Source: an uncultured Gemmatimonadales bacterium | GTDB lineage: Bacteria > Gemmatimonadota > Gemmatimonadetes > Gemmatimonadales > GWC2-71-9 | DNA: 64,000 bases | Reading direction: 5' to 3' | Assembly: GCA_963844035.1 (NCBI GenBank) | Contig: CAWJMT010000012.1 | Location: 79,511 to 143,510 of the forward strand | Shown: positions 14,245 to 28,428 of the stretch, piece by piece | Layout of the letters: each line of letters begins with the position of its first letter | How positions within the stretch are numbered: the stretch's first letter is position 1 | Made by a program: the position numbers and the translations under genes | Notes under the pieces: generated by a model | What the model saw: only the letters and a program-made list of their open reading frames with translations | What the model was told of the DNA's origin: nothing | The model's database searches: none

Positions 14245-15167
14245 CGCGCGCGGGCATTCAGGACATGCCCCGTAATCAGCCGATACGCGTCGCGATAGCG
14301 CACGCTGGTGGCTTGAACGACCTCGGCGGGCAGCGGCGGCGGCGGTGCATCGCCGTTCCATTCTCCGCGACGCTTTACGCCCGCCAGATAGTCCCGCAGC
14401 GGCTGCTTGTCGAAACTGGGCTGGCTCCGTCCCGCCTGGTATCGGTCGGCGGGCCAGAACCGTGACGAATCGGGCGTGAGGATCTCGTCGATCACGAGCA
14501 GGGTGCCGTCGCGCGCAGTGCCGAATTCGAACTTCGTGTCCGCGATGATGATGCCCCGCGGCCCCGCATAGGCCCGGCCCGCTTCATACAGCGCGAGGCT
14601 CGCCTGGCGGAGCCGCTCGGCCATGGGGCGTCCCAGTGCCTGGGCGACGTGCGCGAAGGTGACGTTCTCGTCGTGACCCGTTTCGGCCTTGGTCGCGGGA
14701 GAGAAAATGGCGGGCTCGAGCCGCGCGCTCTCGGTCAGGCCGGCGGGCAGGCGCTCGCCCGCCAGCGTCCCCGATTTCTCGTACTCCGCCCACGCCGAAC
14801 CCGTGATGTATCCCCGGACGACGCATTCGAACGGCACCGGCGTGGTCCGGCGCGCGAGCATGGCGCGGCCGGTGAGCATGGCGCGCGCGCCCGCCACCGC
14901 GGGCACGCGCCGTACGATCTCGTCGGCGTCGGCGGTAATGAGGTGGCTCGGCATCACCGACTCCAGGCGCTCGAACCAGAACGCGCTCAGCTGGGTGAGC
15001 ACCGCGCCCTTGTGCGCTACCGGCTCGCGCATGACCACGTCGAACGCGCTCACGCGGTCGCTCGCTACGAGCAGCAACGTGTCCGCATCCACCTCGTAAA
15101 CCTCGCGAACCTTGCCGCGCCGCAGCAGCGGCAGGGGCAGAGCGCTGGCGACCAGGGGAGCGGTCAT
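14241..15167 (-). CDS. purC: SAICAR synthase
   Basis: [37 protein letters not shown]. Confidence 0.96.
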   Translation of the reverse strand: MTAPLVASALPLPLLRRGKVREVYEVDADTLLLVASDRVSAFDVVMREPVAHKGAVLTQLSAFWFERLESVMPSHLITADADEIVRRVPAVAGARAMLTGRAMLARRTTPVPFECVVRGYITGSAWAEYEKSGTLAGERLPAGLTESARLEPAIFSPATKAETGHDENVTFAHVAQALGRPMAERLRQASLALYEAGRAYAGPRGIIIADTKFEFGTARDGTLLVIDEILTPDSSRFWPADRYQAGRSQPSFDKQPLRDYLAGVKRRGEWNGDAPPPPLPAEVVQATSVRYRDAYRLITGHVLNARAR

Positions 15168-16585
15168 ACGTTCACCTCCGCGGCCACGGCGCTGGGCGCA
15201 ACCGGCTCGATGCGGCGGAGCAGCGGCGGGAGCACGTGCGCGAGGAAGTCGTCCACCTGGCGCGGCGCCCGGCCCACGTAGCGCGACGGGTCCATCTCGT
15301 CCGGGAGGATGGTCACCTTGAGCGTCTTGAACGCCGGATCTTCGCTGAGCCGTGCCAGCAGCTGGTCAGCGGTACCGTGCTCGACCGCCGCGAGGCTGTG
15401 GACCCGGATCACCTCGTGCAGCCGCTGGCGATCGCCGCCCGCTTTTACCGCGCGCATCAGCAGACGCTCCGTGACGAGGAAGGGCAGCTGCGCTGCCACG
15501 TGGCGGGCGATTGCCGTTTCACGCACTTCGAGTCCGGCGGCGACATTGGTCGCCAGCACGAGAATGGCATCCGTCGCCAGGAATGCTTCGGGGATGGTGA
15601 GGCGCCGGTTCGCGCTGTCGTCGAGCGTGCGCTCCAGCCATTGCTCCGCCGCGGTGTGCCAGCCGTTCCCTTCGAGCTCGATGACGAAGCGCGCCAGACC
15701 CGTCATGCGCTCGGCGCGCATCGGGTTCCGTTTGAAGGGCATGGCGCTCGAGCCCACCTGCTCGGCCTCGAACGGCTCCAGCATCTCTCCTTCGTGCTGC
15801 AACAGCCGCAGGTCGGTCGCAAACTTGGCCGCGGTCGCCGCGATCCCCGCCAGCGCCGCCAGGATCTGCGCGTCGAGCTTGCGGGTGTAGGTCTGGCCCG
15901 TCACGGGAAACACTTTCGCGAATCCCATCTTGCGGGCCACGCGCGCATCGAGCTCCTGCACCTTCTCGTCCTGCTCGCCGAACAGCTCGAGGAAGCTGGC
16001 CTGGGTTCCGGTCGTTCCCTTGACGCCGCGGAACTGGAACGCGTCGAGCCGGTGCAGCAGCTCCTCCGCGTCGAGCAGGAAATCCTGCATCCACAGCGTC
16101 ACGCGTTTGCCCACCGTCGTGAGCTGGGCAGGCTGGAAGTGGGTGTAGGCGAGGCAGGGAACGGCGCGGTGGCGGCGCGCGACTTTCCCGAGTGCGACGA
16201 GGACCGCCGCCAGGCGGCCGAGCAGCAGCGTGAGCGCTTCGCGCATCACCAGCTGGTCGGCGTTGTCGGTGACGTAGGCGCTCGTCGCGCCGAGATGGAG
16301 GAACGGGCGGGCGGCAGGTGCCTGCTCGCCGAGGTGGTGGATGTGCGCCATCACGTCGTGACGCAGCCGCTTCTCGTGCTCGGCCGCGCGATCGAGATCG
16401 GCGTCGTCCAAATGCGCGCGCAGCTCCGACAGAGCTGCGGGAGGAATGGCGAGGCCGAGCTCCTGCTCCGCTTCCATCAGCGCCAGCCAGAGCCGGCGCC
16501 ACAGACCGATTCGTTTCCGGTCCCCCCACAGCAGCTGCATCGCAGGGGAGGCATAGCGCTGGCCCAGCGGCGACTGGTAGGTCAA
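15164..16585 (-). CDS. purB: Adenylosuccinate lyase
   Basis: [46 protein letters not shown] start overlaps the truA stop. Confidence 0.95.
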   Translation of the reverse strand: MTYQSPLGQRYASPAMQLLWGDRKRIGLWRRLWLALMEAEQELGLAIPPAALSELRAHLDDADLDRAAEHEKRLRHDVMAHIHHLGEQAPAARPFLHLGATSAYVTDNADQLVMREALTLLLGRLAAVLVALGKVARRHRAVPCLAYTHFQPAQLTTVGKRVTLWMQDFLLDAEELLHRLDAFQFRGVKGTTGTQASFLELFGEQDEKVQELDARVARKMGFAKVFPVTGQTYTRKLDAQILAALAGIAATAAKFATDLRLLQHEGEMLEPFEAEQVGSSAMPFKRNPMRAERMTGLARFVIELEGNGWHTAAEQWLERTLDDSANRRLTIPEAFLATDAILVLATNVAAGLEVRETAIARHVAAQLPFLVTERLLMRAVKAGGDRQRLHEVIRVHSLAAVEHGTADQLLARLSEDPAFKTLKVTILPDEMDPSRYVGRAPRQVDDFLAHVLPPLLRRIEPVAPSAVAAEVNV

Positions 16586-17385
16586 CCGGTTGCCTGCATC
16601 GGTCGCGCCTCGGCGTAGAGATCGGGAGGGTAGCGGACGGCCATCAGGTAGAGCCCCTGCGGTGGAGCAGGCGGGCTGGCCGCCTGGTTGTCGGTCGCGG
16701 CCAGCAATGCGGAGAAGTCGGACAGCGGGCGCCGGTGCAACGCGATGTCGATCATCGCCCCTACCAGGAAGCGCACCATGTGGTGTAGGAATCGGTCGGC
16801 TTCGATCGTGAACACCATCCCCGTTTCGTCCGCTCGCGGCGCCCAGTCGGCCAGCGCCACGCGGCAACGGTAGTGCGGCTTCGGCGCTCCGCCCTGAGAA
16901 GCGAGGCCACGGAAATCGTGCTCGCCGACCGTCAACCCGGCGGCGGCGGCGAGCAGCGGTGAGTCGAGCGAGCGTCCCAGGGCCCACTCGTACGGGCGCC
17001 GGAACGGTGATTGCGCACCGTCATCGGTCCCGACCAGGTAGCGGTACCGGCGCGCCACGGCGCTGCGTCGCGCGTCAAACCCCGGTCGCATGGGGTGCAC
17101 CTGCTCCACCCAGATGTCGCGCGGCAAGAGGGCGTTGAGCGCGCGTCGCAGACCCGGCGGATCATCCCCCCACCGCTCATCGGTCAGGAAACCAACACCC
17201 TGACCGAGGGCGTGCACGCCGGTGTCGGTCCGCCCCGCCCCCGTGACCGGGGTGCGCCGCCCCATCAGACGCTCGAGGACCGTCTCGAACTCGGCTTGCA
17301 CCGTGCGCCCTTCCGCCTGGCGCTGCCAGCCGACGAACTGGACCCCGTCGTAGTGGACCACGGCGAGGCAGGGCCGGCTCGTCAC
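16582..17385 (-). CDS. truA: tRNA pseudouridine(38-40) synthase
   Basis: YDG..F.GWQ.Q, GAGRTDTGVHA, FLHHMVR, APPQGLYL. Confidence 0.95.
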   Translation of the reverse strand: MTSRPCLAVVHYDGVQFVGWQRQAEGRTVQAEFETVLERLMGRRTPVTGAGRTDTGVHALGQGVGFLTDERWGDDPPGLRRALNALLPRDIWVEQVHPMRPGFDARRSAVARRYRYLVGTDDGAQSPFRRPYEWALGRSLDSPLLAAAAGLTVGEHDFRGLASQGGAPKPHYRCRVALADWAPRADETGMVFTIEADRFLHHMVRFLVGAMIDIALHRRPLSDFSALLAATDNQAASPPAPPQGLYLMAVRYPPDLYAEARPMQATG

Positions 17386-17435
17386 GGGCGAAAGATAGGG
17401 AAAACGGGTACCTTTTGCCAAGCCGACCAACACCG

Positions 17436-18482
17436 ATGCCCGACACCTCCCCGCCGCTCCAGCAAGCGATTTCCGCCCTCGCCAACCGCCAGTCCCTCAG
17501 CGAGCGACTCGCCGCCGACGTGTTCAATGCGGTGATGCGCGGCGAAGCGAGCCCTGCACAAATCGCGGCGCTCCTCATGGGCCTGCGGGTCAAGGGAGAG
17601 ACAGCGGAAGAAGTCGCCGGCGCCGCTCGGGCCCTGCGCGACGCGATGGTACGGGTCGAGGCCGACACGACCCACCTTGTCGATACCTGCGGCACCGGGG
17701 GAGGCACCGTCGGGACCTTCAACATCTCGACGGCCGGAGCGCTGATCGCGGCGGGCGCCGGGGCGAGCGTCGCCAAACACGGCAATCGGTCGTTCACCTC
17801 GAAGTGCGGCTCGGCAGATGTCTTGGAAGCCCTGGGCGTGACGATCCGTCTCGATGCCGCCGCCGCCGCGCGCGTGCTCCGCGACGCCTGCATCACCTTT
17901 CTGTTCGCACCGACGTTTCACCCCGCGATGCGCCATGTGGGCCCGGTGCGGGGTGAGCTGGGGATCACATCCGTCATGAACATGATCGGTCCGCTTGCCA
18001 ACCCGGCGGGGGTGCGGCGCCAGGTCTTGGGCGTGGCGGATCGGGAGCGCGCCGTGTTGATGGCGGACGCGCTGGCACGGCTCGGGGTGGAGCACGCGAT
18101 GGTGGTACATGGACGGGTGGGGATGGACGAGATCTCTCCCCAGGGAGTGACGGATGTGTGGGAGGTGCGGGGTGGCGCCGTCACGCTGTGGGAGATTGAC
18201 CCCGCAGCGCACGGGTGCGCGGTCGCGGATGTCACGCTGTTGCGCGGCGGCGTGCCGGCCGAGAACGCCGGGCGGATCGAGCGGCTGTTGAGTGGGGCGA
18301 AGGACGGTGACGCGGCCGGACGCGCGGCGTCCCTGCTGAATGCCGGGGCTGCCCTGTACGTGGCGGGGCTCGCTCCGACCTACGCCGCGGGCGTGACGCG
18401 GGCCGGTGCGGCGTTGGACTCGGGCGCGGGCCGGGCCGCCCTCGAGCGGCTGCGCCGGGCGAGTGCTAGCACTTCCGGATGA
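17436..18482 (+). CDS. trpD: Anthranilate phosphoribosyltransferase
   Basis: DTCGTGG, FNIST, KHGNRS, GSADVLE, GPLANP. Confidence 0.96.
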   Translation: MPDTSPPLQQAISALANRQSLSERLAADVFNAVMRGEASPAQIAALLMGLRVKGETAEEVAGAARALRDAMVRVEADTTHLVDTCGTGGGTVGTFNISTAGALIAAGAGASVAKHGNRSFTSKCGSADVLEALGVTIRLDAAAAARVLRDACITFLFAPTFHPAMRHVGPVRGELGITSVMNMIGPLANPAGVRRQVLGVADRERAVLMADALARLGVEHAMVVHGRVGMDEISPQGVTDVWEVRGGAVTLWEIDPAAHGCAVADVTLLRGGVPAENAGRIERLLSGAKDGDAAGRAASLLNAGAALYVAGLAPTYAAGVTRAGAALDSGAGRAALERLRRASASTSG

Positions 18483-19074
18483 CGCCGACGACGATGCCCT
18501 GGACCATGATGTCGCGCTCGTTCACCCGCAGCGGGGCCATGCTCGGATTCGCCGGCTGAAGGCGAATCCAACCACCGGGTTCACGGTAGAACTTTTTGAC
18601 CGTGGCGCTGTTGCCGTGAACCAGGGCCACGACCATCTGGCCGTTGTCGGCCTGGTTCCGCTCATGTACGATGACGAAGTCGCCATCCCGGATCTGCTCG
18701 TCGATCATCGAGGTGCCGCGCACCTTGAGCACGTAGCTCCGCCCGCGGCGCGGAATCAGCTCGTCCGGAACCGCGATGGTGTCCGTGCCGTCGATGGCTT
18801 CGATGGGCTCGCCCGCGGCCACGAGGCCGAGCAGCGGCAGCTCGGTGGCCCCGGTCTGGCCCTTGGGGGGCACGATCTCGATCGCCCGGCTTTCGTTATG
18901 AGCGCGGCGGATGAACCCCTTCCGCTCGAGGTTCGTGAGGTGCTCGTGGACCGTCGCGAGCGACTGAAAACCGAACTGCTGGGCGATTTCTTCGAAGCTT
19001 GGGGCGTACCCCTTGTCGTCGATATGATGAGCGACAAAGTCGAAGATTTCGCGCTGGCGGCGTGTTAGCGGCAC
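18466..19074 (-). CDS. lexA: LexA SOS repressor
   Basis: LTRRQREI, GYAPSFEEIA wHTH, VAAG cleavage site, GTSM catalytic Ser, TVKK catalytic Lys. Confidence 0.97.
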   Translation of the reverse strand: MPLTRRQREIFDFVAHHIDDKGYAPSFEEIAQQFGFQSLATVHEHLTNLERKGFIRRAHNESRAIEIVPPKGQTGATELPLLGLVAAGEPIEAIDGTDTIAVPDELIPRRGRSYVLKVRGTSMIDEQIRDGDFVIVHERNQADNGQMVVALVHGNSATVKKFYREPGGWIRLQPANPSMAPLRVNERDIMVQGIVVGVIRKC

Positions 19075-19082
19075 CTGGTCTC

Positions 19083-19124
19083 CCGAAAATAAACCGAAGT
19101 TAATCTACCCGATAAAAGCCCGAA
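19083..19124. promoter_or_regulatory. Candidate LexA operators: two CCGAW-N6-CCGAA direct repeats flanking the lexA -10 (TAGATT, minus strand)
   Basis: CCGAA-aataaa-CCGAA (19083-19098) and CCGAT-aaaagc-CCGAA (19109-19124) in the 57-nt lexA/trpC spacer. Confidence 0.6.
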
Positions 19125-19131
19125 CGCAAGC

Positions 19132-19935
19132 ATGGCCCAGATTACCCTCGACACGATCCTGGCGGCGACCCGAACCCGGGTGGCAGCCCTTCGGGCACGC
19201 ACCCGGGAGCTGGAGCGGCGGGCGGCCCAGGCGCCCACGCCCCGCTCCTTTGCGGCGGCGCTGCGCGGAACCACCGTGGGAGTGATCGCGGAGGTCAAGC
19301 GCCGCTCGCCGTCCGTGGGGGCGATCGCGGAGGGTCTGGACCCCGTGTCGCATGCGGCGGCGTACGTTCGGGGCGGTGCCGTGGTCATCTCGGTGCTGAC
19401 CGACGAGGCGCATTTCGGTGGCTCGCTCGAGGATCTGGAGCGAGTGGCGCGGGAGGTTTCCTGTCCAGTGCTGCGCAAGGACTTTATTCTCGATGAGCTG
19501 CAGATCGTCGAGGCGCGCGGGGCGGGTGCGAGTGCGGTCCTGCTCATCGTCCGGGCGATGGATGCCCAGCGGCTGCGGGACCTTTCCCGTACGGCCCGCG
19601 ATCTCGGACTGGGCGTTCTGGTCGAGGCCCACAATGCACCAGAGCTCGAAGCGGCGTTGGCTGCCGAGCCGACCGCGCTGGGCGTGAACAGTCGGGATCT
19701 GGCGACATTTACCGTCGATCATAAGGCGGCTGAGCGACTCGTCGCGCGCGTGCCGCCCGGCATCGCCGCCGTTGCCGAGAGCGGCATCGAGCGGCGCGCC
19801 GATGTCGAGCGGTTTGCGGCCGCGGGTGCAGACCTGGTGCTGGTGGGGACGGCGGTAGCGCGCACGGCGGATCCGGCCGCCGCCGTCCGGGAGTTGTGTG
19901 GTGTGCCTCGGCGCGGGCGGCCGGGGGTGGCATAG
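19132..19935 (+). CDS. trpC: Indole-3-glycerol phosphate synthase
   Basis: [32 protein letters not shown]. Confidence 0.96.
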   Translation: MAQITLDTILAATRTRVAALRARTRELERRAAQAPTPRSFAAALRGTTVGVIAEVKRRSPSVGAIAEGLDPVSHAAAYVRGGAVVISVLTDEAHFGGSLEDLERVAREVSCPVLRKDFILDELQIVEARGAGASAVLLIVRAMDAQRLRDLSRTARDLGLGVLVEAHNAPELEAALAAEPTALGVNSRDLATFTVDHKAAERLVARVPPGIAAVAESGIERRADVERFAAAGADLVLVGTAVARTADPAAAVRELCGVPRRGRPGVA

Positions 19936-19964
19936 TGGGCGCCTCCAAGCGGAAGGATCAGAGC

Positions 19965-21173
19965 GTGAGCGTTTCTCCCCCAGTCGCGGCTGATACGGTG
20001 GGCAGGTTCGGTCCCTACGGGGGCCGATACGTGCCCGAGACATTGATGGCGGCGCTCGAGGAGCTGACGAGCGTGTATGCCGCTGCCCAGGCCGACCCGG
20101 CCTTCGCGGCCGAGCTTGACGGTCTGCTGAGCGACTTTGTCGGCCGGCCCACGCCGCTGACGGAGACGCCGCGTCTCTCGGCCGCGGTCGGAGCGGGCGT
20201 TCGCGTAGTGCTCAAGCGGGAAGACCTGAACCACACCGGCGCGCACAAGATCAACAACACGCTGGGTCAGGTCCTGCTGGCACGTCGCATGGGGAAACGC
20301 CGCATCATCGCCGAAACCGGGGCGGGCCAGCACGGGGTGGCTACCGCCACGGTGTGCGCGCGGTTCGGGCTCGAGTGCGTGGTCTACATGGGCGAGGAAG
20401 ACATGCGCCGGCAGCGTCTCAACGTGTACCGAATGGAATTGATGGGTGCGAAGGTAGTTCCGGTGACGTCTGGAACGCGGACGTTGAAGGATGCCACGAA
20501 CGAGGCCCTGCGCGACTGGGTGACCAACGTTACGGGGACGCACTACATCATCGGGTCGGTCGTGGGCCCCGATCCGTTTCCCCGCATTGTGCGGGACTTC
20601 CAGGCCGTGATCGGGCGGGAGACGCGACGGCAGGTGCTGGAGCGGTTCGGTCGCCTGCCGACCACCGTCGTGGCGTGCGTCGGCGGGGGGTCGAACGCGA
20701 TGGGGATATTCAGCGCTTTCTTGGACGATCGTGGGGTCGAGCTGGTTGGGGTGGAGGCTGCGGGTGAGGGAATCGGGACGACCCGCCATGCCGCCTCGCT
20801 CAGCCTCGGCAAGCCGGGGGTGTTCCACGGGAGCTTGAGTTACCTGCTGCAGGACGCGGACGGGCAGGTGCAGCCCGCTCATAGCGTGTCCGCGGGGCTC
20901 GACTATCCGGGTGTCGGGCCCGAACACGCTTTTCTGAAGGACTCGGGACGCGTATTGTATGAAGCGGTCACGGACCGGGCGGCCCTCGAGGCGTTTGCGG
21001 GGCTCTCCCGGCTCGAAGGGATTTTGCCAGCATTGGAAAGCGCGCATGCCGTGGCGTGGGTGTTGGGCCGCCGGGGCCACTGGAGTGAGGGCGATATCGT
21101 GATCATCAACTTGAGTGGTCGTGGCGACAAAGACGTCGCCATGGTGGCCGAGCTCTCCGGAGCTACGATCTGA
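19965..21173 (+). CDS. trpB: Tryptophan synthase beta subunit
   Basis: [50 protein letters not shown]. Confidence 0.97.
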   Translation: MSVSPPVAADTVGRFGPYGGRYVPETLMAALEELTSVYAAAQADPAFAAELDGLLSDFVGRPTPLTETPRLSAAVGAGVRVVLKREDLNHTGAHKINNTLGQVLLARRMGKRRIIAETGAGQHGVATATVCARFGLECVVYMGEEDMRRQRLNVYRMELMGAKVVPVTSGTRTLKDATNEALRDWVTNVTGTHYIIGSVVGPDPFPRIVRDFQAVIGRETRRQVLERFGRLPTTVVACVGGGSNAMGIFSAFLDDRGVELVGVEAAGEGIGTTRHAASLSLGKPGVFHGSLSYLLQDADGQVQPAHSVSAGLDYPGVGPEHAFLKDSGRVLYEAVTDRAALEAFAGLSRLEGILPALESAHAVAWVLGRRGHWSEGDIVIINLSGRGDKDVAMVAELSGATI

Positions 21174-22849
21174 CCGGGACGCCGATTCCTGAGCTGGCGC
21201 TCCCGCCGTCACATGTCGAGGACCTGCTTCAGGTTCTCGTGAAGGGCCTCCGCGCCACTCAGCTGTACCTCCCCAACAACCCGGTTTACCAGCGAGCCGT
21301 CGAGAATATCCGCGCGGCCTTTCGCAAGGTCTGGCAGTCGATCGACGTGCTCAACCTCGACGTGGGGGAGACCGCGCTGAGCTGGGAGGAGGCGGTCGTC
21401 TACAATCAGGAGCAGCGCGCGGAAAGCGTAGCCTGGACGCTGTACAAGGACGGCATCCGATCAATCGCGCTGCGGCCCGGCGTCGAGGAGACCGAAATCG
21501 TCCGCTTTCTCGCGGTGCTCCACAAGTCGAAGAATGTGACCTCCGACGCCGCCGATGACCTGCTGACGCTGCTGTGGGCGGAGGACTTCCATTTCATCGC
21601 GTACACGTTCCGCGAGCTCGCCACCGAGAACGCGACGCCGATCGAGGCGGGAGAGACGATCCCCTCCGCGGCGCCGGCCACGATCCGTACCGCCGTCGAG
21701 GAAGAGGCTCCGCCGCGGCCTGCCGGCATCGTGTCGATGGAGGATTTCGACACGACGCTGTATTTCCTCGAGGACCGCGAAGTCGAGTATCTGCGGAAGG
21801 AGGCGGAGCGCGAGTACGGGCAGGATCTCCGCCGCAACGTTCTGGCGATGCTGTTCGATCTGCTCGAACTGCAAACCTACGGCACGGTGCGGGCCGAGCT
21901 GATCGGCATCGTCGAGAACTTCATCCCGTACCTGCTGGGCGCGGCGGACTTCCGATCCGTCGGATATATCCTGCGAGAGACGCGGGTGGTGCTGGAGCGG
22001 GCGCGGGAGCTGATTCCCGAACAGCGCGCGATCCTGGTGGGGCTCCCCGCCCGGCTCTCCCAGCCCGAGCCGCTGGCGCAGCTGCTGCAGTCGCTGGACG
22101 AAGCGACGATGCCACCGTCCGAGGAAGAGCTCGCTGAGACGTTCGGTGAAATGCGGCCGGAGGCGCTGCCCACGCTGATGGGATGGATTCCACGGCTCAG
22201 CAACCCGATGGTGCGGGATCTCGTCAATGCGTCCGCCTCTCGTCTGGCACAGGAGCACGCCGGCGAAGTGCTCAAGGTGCTGGGGAGCGCGGAGGACCCG
22301 GGCGCGCAGCTCGAGATGGTGCGCCTGGCGGGCCGCCTCAAGCTGCCCGGCGCCATCGAAGCGATGGGCCCGCTGTTCACAGCCGGCGACCGGACGCTGA
22401 AGCTCGCCATCGTCGACGCGCTGCTGCAGGTCGCCTCGCCGACGGCGCTGCGGCTGCTCGAAAAGGGTGTGGACGATACCGATCGGGACGTGCGGATCGC
22501 CGCTGTAAAGTTTCTGGCGGCGCGCGGGCATCGCAACGCGCTCGCCCGCGTGGAGGCGGCGTTGACGAGTCCACAGCTCAAGGCGGCGGACCTCACCGAG
22601 AAAATGGCGTTCTACGAGGCGTTCGGCACGCTGGCGGGCGCGAAGGGAGTGCCGGCCCTCGCCAAGGTGCTGGTGACCAAGGGGGTGTTCGCGCGGAAAG
22701 AAGATCCTGAGACGCGCGCCTGCGCCGCCATGGCGCTCGGCAAGATCCGCACGCCGGACGCGCGCGCGGCGCTGGAGGCGGCGACCCAGGACAAGGAGCC
22801 GCTGGTTCGGAACGCCGTGACCCGCGCGCTGCGCGAGGTGGGATTGTGA
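21170..22849 (+). CDS. HEAT-repeat protein with an uncharacterised N-terminal domain (start uncertain, 21170-21239)
   Basis: C-terminal HEAT-like repeats ([30 protein letters not shown]); the frame is open back to the trpB stop. Confidence 0.8.
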   Translation: MTGTPIPELALPPSHVEDLLQVLVKGLRATQLYLPNNPVYQRAVENIRAAFRKVWQSIDVLNLDVGETALSWEEAVVYNQEQRAESVAWTLYKDGIRSIALRPGVEETEIVRFLAVLHKSKNVTSDAADDLLTLLWAEDFHFIAYTFRELATENATPIEAGETIPSAAPATIRTAVEEEAPPRPAGIVSMEDFDTTLYFLEDREVEYLRKEAEREYGQDLRRNVLAMLFDLLELQTYGTVRAELIGIVENFIPYLLGAADFRSVGYILRETRVVLERARELIPEQRAILVGLPARLSQPEPLAQLLQSLDEATMPPSEEELAETFGEMRPEALPTLMGWIPRLSNPMVRDLVNASASRLAQEHAGEVLKVLGSAEDPGAQLEMVRLAGRLKLPGAIEAMGPLFTAGDRTLKLAIVDALLQVASPTALRLLEKGVDDTDRDVRIAAVKFLAARGHRNALARVEAALTSPQLKAADLTEKMAFYEAFGTLAGAKGVPALAKVLVTKGVFARKEDPETRACAAMALGKIRTPDARAALEAATQDKEPLVRNAVTRALREVGL

Positions 22850-24310
22850 GCGAGCCGGGCGCCCGCCGCTCCACGATGGTCGAGACCGTCCAGACCACGG
22901 ACGGGTTCCTGCGCCACGCCGGCCGGGACTTTCTCGTCGTGCTCTACACGGCGTTTCGCTCGCTCAAGCTCTACCCGATCGAAAACGCGCAGGTGCAAAA
23001 GGCGCTGGACGAGCTGCTGACCACGACGAAGCACCTGCTCGAAGTGGAGCGTGAAATCGAGCTGCGCATGCAGGGGGAATTCATCTTCGTGAACTCCACC
23101 CGCCTGCGCCTCGACCTCGATAACTACGCGTCGTTCTCGCACATCCTCGGGGTGTTCAAGCAGTGCAGCATCGGCGGCATCCGCATTGACGAAGGCGTGG
23201 ATCGCCGCCAGCTGCAGATTTTCGTGTCGCTGCTCCTGTCGTACGCCGCCCGGGAGGCCACGCCGGAAAAAATCGCCGAGATCGCTCAGAAGATGATCGA
23301 TGGCGGAGTCACGTTCATCAGCGTCGAGCCGCCCGTCGAGAGCGACGAGGACGTGCAGGACGCGGAGCGGCAAAAGGAAGCAGCGAAGCGCACCTATGCG
23401 CAGTCGGTGGCGGTGACCAAGGAGGTCATCAACAGCGTGCGCCTGGGCCGGACCGCCAACGTGAAGAAGGTCAAGCGCGCGGTGCAGGCGATCGTGGACC
23501 AGGTGCTGAACAACGAAGCGTCGCTGGTGGGCCTCACGACGCTGCGGGACTACGACGAATACACGTTCACACACTCGGTGAACGTGTGCATTTTCTCGGT
23601 CGCACTTGGCCGCAAGCTCGGCTTTGAGAAACTGCAGCTGTACGATCTCGGCCTGGCGGCGTTGTTCCACGACGTGGGCAAGTCGCGGGTGCCGCTCGAC
23701 GTGCTGAACAAGGTGGGTGGTCTGTCGGACGAAGAGTGGCGTATCATGACGGCCCACCCGTGGCTGGGCGTGCTCACCCTGTTCGGGATCCGCGGCTACG
23801 GTGAGATTCCGTACCGGGGGATGATCGTAGCCTACGAGCACCACATGAAGACCGACCTGACCGGCTATCCCAAGTCCATCCGGCCGCGCGAGATTTCGAT
23901 CTTCTCGAAGATCGTGGCGGTCGCGGACGGGTTCGATGCCGCGACCAGCCGCCGCACCTACCAGACCGTGCCGATTCAACCCGACCAGGTGCTCAAGGAA
24001 ATGTGGGAGAACCCCCGGCGCGGATACGACGGCGTCGTGGTGAAGGCGTTCATCAACCTCATCGGGATCTATCCGGTCGGCACGTGCGTCATTCTCGACA
24101 CGCACGAGCTGGCCGTCGTCCACGCCGCGAACGCGAACGTGAGCGAGGTGCACCGGCCGGTGGTGCGCGTCGTCGCGACGCCGGAAGGGGCGCTGCAGCA
24201 CCCCGGTGTCCTGGTGGATCTCGCGGAACGCGACGCCGATGGCAAATATCCCCGCACGATCGTCAAGGTGACCGACCCGCAAAAGTACGGCATCAACGTC
24301 AGCGACTATT

Positions 24311-24318
<8 letters not shown>
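22846..24318 (+). CDS. HD-GYP domain cyclic-dinucleotide phosphodiesterase
   Basis: YTFTHSVNV, HDVGK, HHMKTDLTGYP, VADGFDA. Confidence 0.9.
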
Positions 24319-27178
<2,860 letters not shown>

Positions 27179-27196
27179 CGGGATTACCATTCCGCT

Positions 27197-27625
27197 GTGC
27201 CGAAGGCCGAGCGGGTGTACGTGGCGCTGGGATCGAACGTCGGTGATCGGGAGACGCACCTGGCGCACGCGCGGGCCCGGCTGGCGGCGTTGCCGCACAC
27301 CAAACTGAGCGCCGTCTCCACCGTGGAGGAGACCGCACCGCTTGGCCCCATTCCACAAGGTCCCTACCTCAACCAGATGGCGTTGCTCGAAACCGAACTC
27401 ACGCCCGCCGAGCTGCTCGCCCACCTGCAGGCCATCGAGGCCGAGCGGGGCCGGGTGCGGTCGGTGCGGTGGGGGCCTCGCACCCTGGACTTGGATATCG
27501 TGCGGTTCGGCGACGCCCGCGTCCGGGAGCCGTCCCTGACGCTGCCACATCCGGAGCTGCCGGCGCGCGATTTCTGGCGGCGTGAAATCGCGGAGCTCGA
27601 CCAGGCGCGGACGCTTCATGAGTGA
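27197..27625 (+). CDS. folK: HPPK (6-hydroxymethyl-dihydropterin diphosphokinase)
   Basis: ALGSNVGD, YLN, WGPRTLDLDI, LTLPHP. Confidence 0.95.
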   Translation: MPKAERVYVALGSNVGDRETHLAHARARLAALPHTKLSAVSTVEETAPLGPIPQGPYLNQMALLETELTPAELLAHLQAIEAERGRVRSVRWGPRTLDLDIVRFGDARVREPSLTLPHPELPARDFWRREIAELDQARTLHE

Positions 27626-28427
27626 CGCCCGCGTGCCGCTCACCATCCAGGATCTGAAGGATCGAAAGACCCGCGGCGAGCGTATCGTCAGCCTCACCTG
27701 TTACGACGTTCTGTTCGCGCGTCTGCTGGATGGGTGCGGCGTGGACGTGCTGCTGGTCGGGGATTCGGTGAACCAGGTGCTCGCCGGGGCCGAGACCACA
27801 CTGTCCGCCACGCTGGACCAGATGATCTACCACACCAAATCCGTGCGGCGCGGCAGCGAGCGCGCGCTCGTGATCTGCGACATGCCGTTCCTCACGTATC
27901 AGGTGTCGCGCGAGGAGGCGATCCGTAACTGCGGACGGGTGCTCGCGGAGACCGGGTGCCACGGCGTGAAGCTGGAAGGCGGGGAGCCAATCGCCGGCAC
28001 GGTGCGCGCGCTGGTGGATGCGGGGATTCCGGTCATGGGCCATCTCGGGTTGACGCCCCAATCGGTGCATGCGTTGGGCGGGTACCGGGTCCAGGGGCGG
28101 GACGAGGCGGCCGCGGGACGCCTGCTCCAGGATGCCAAGGCGCTCGAAAGCGCAGGGGCGTTCGCCGTCGTACTCGAGCTCATCCCGGCGCCGCTCGCAT
28201 CGCGAGTCACCAAGGCGCTGACGATTCCCACCATCGGGATCGGAGCCGGGCCGGCGTGCGACGGGCAGGTCCTCGTGCTGCACGATCTGTTGGGCCTGAA
28301 CGACACGTTCAACGCCAAATTCGTCAAACGCTACGCGACCCTGGCTCAGGACGTGCGCGAGGCGGTCGAGCTGTTCGCGGCCGAGGTGCGCGAGGGACGC
28401 TTTCCAGGCCCGGAGCATTCGTTTTGA
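27618..28427 (+). CDS. panB: 3-methyl-2-oxobutanoate hydroxymethyltransferase
   Basis: LLVGDS, VKLEGG, GHLGLTPQ, IGIGAG, DGQVLV. Confidence 0.96.
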   Translation: MSDARVPLTIQDLKDRKTRGERIVSLTCYDVLFARLLDGCGVDVLLVGDSVNQVLAGAETTLSATLDQMIYHTKSVRRGSERALVICDMPFLTYQVSREEAIRNCGRVLAETGCHGVKLEGGEPIAGTVRALVDAGIPVMGHLGLTPQSVHALGGYRVQGRDEAAAGRLLQDAKALESAGAFAVVLELIPAPLASRVTKALTIPTIGIGAGPACDGQVLVLHDLLGLNDTFNAKFVKRYATLAQDVREAVELFAAEVREGRFPGPEHSF

Positions 28428-28428
28428 G

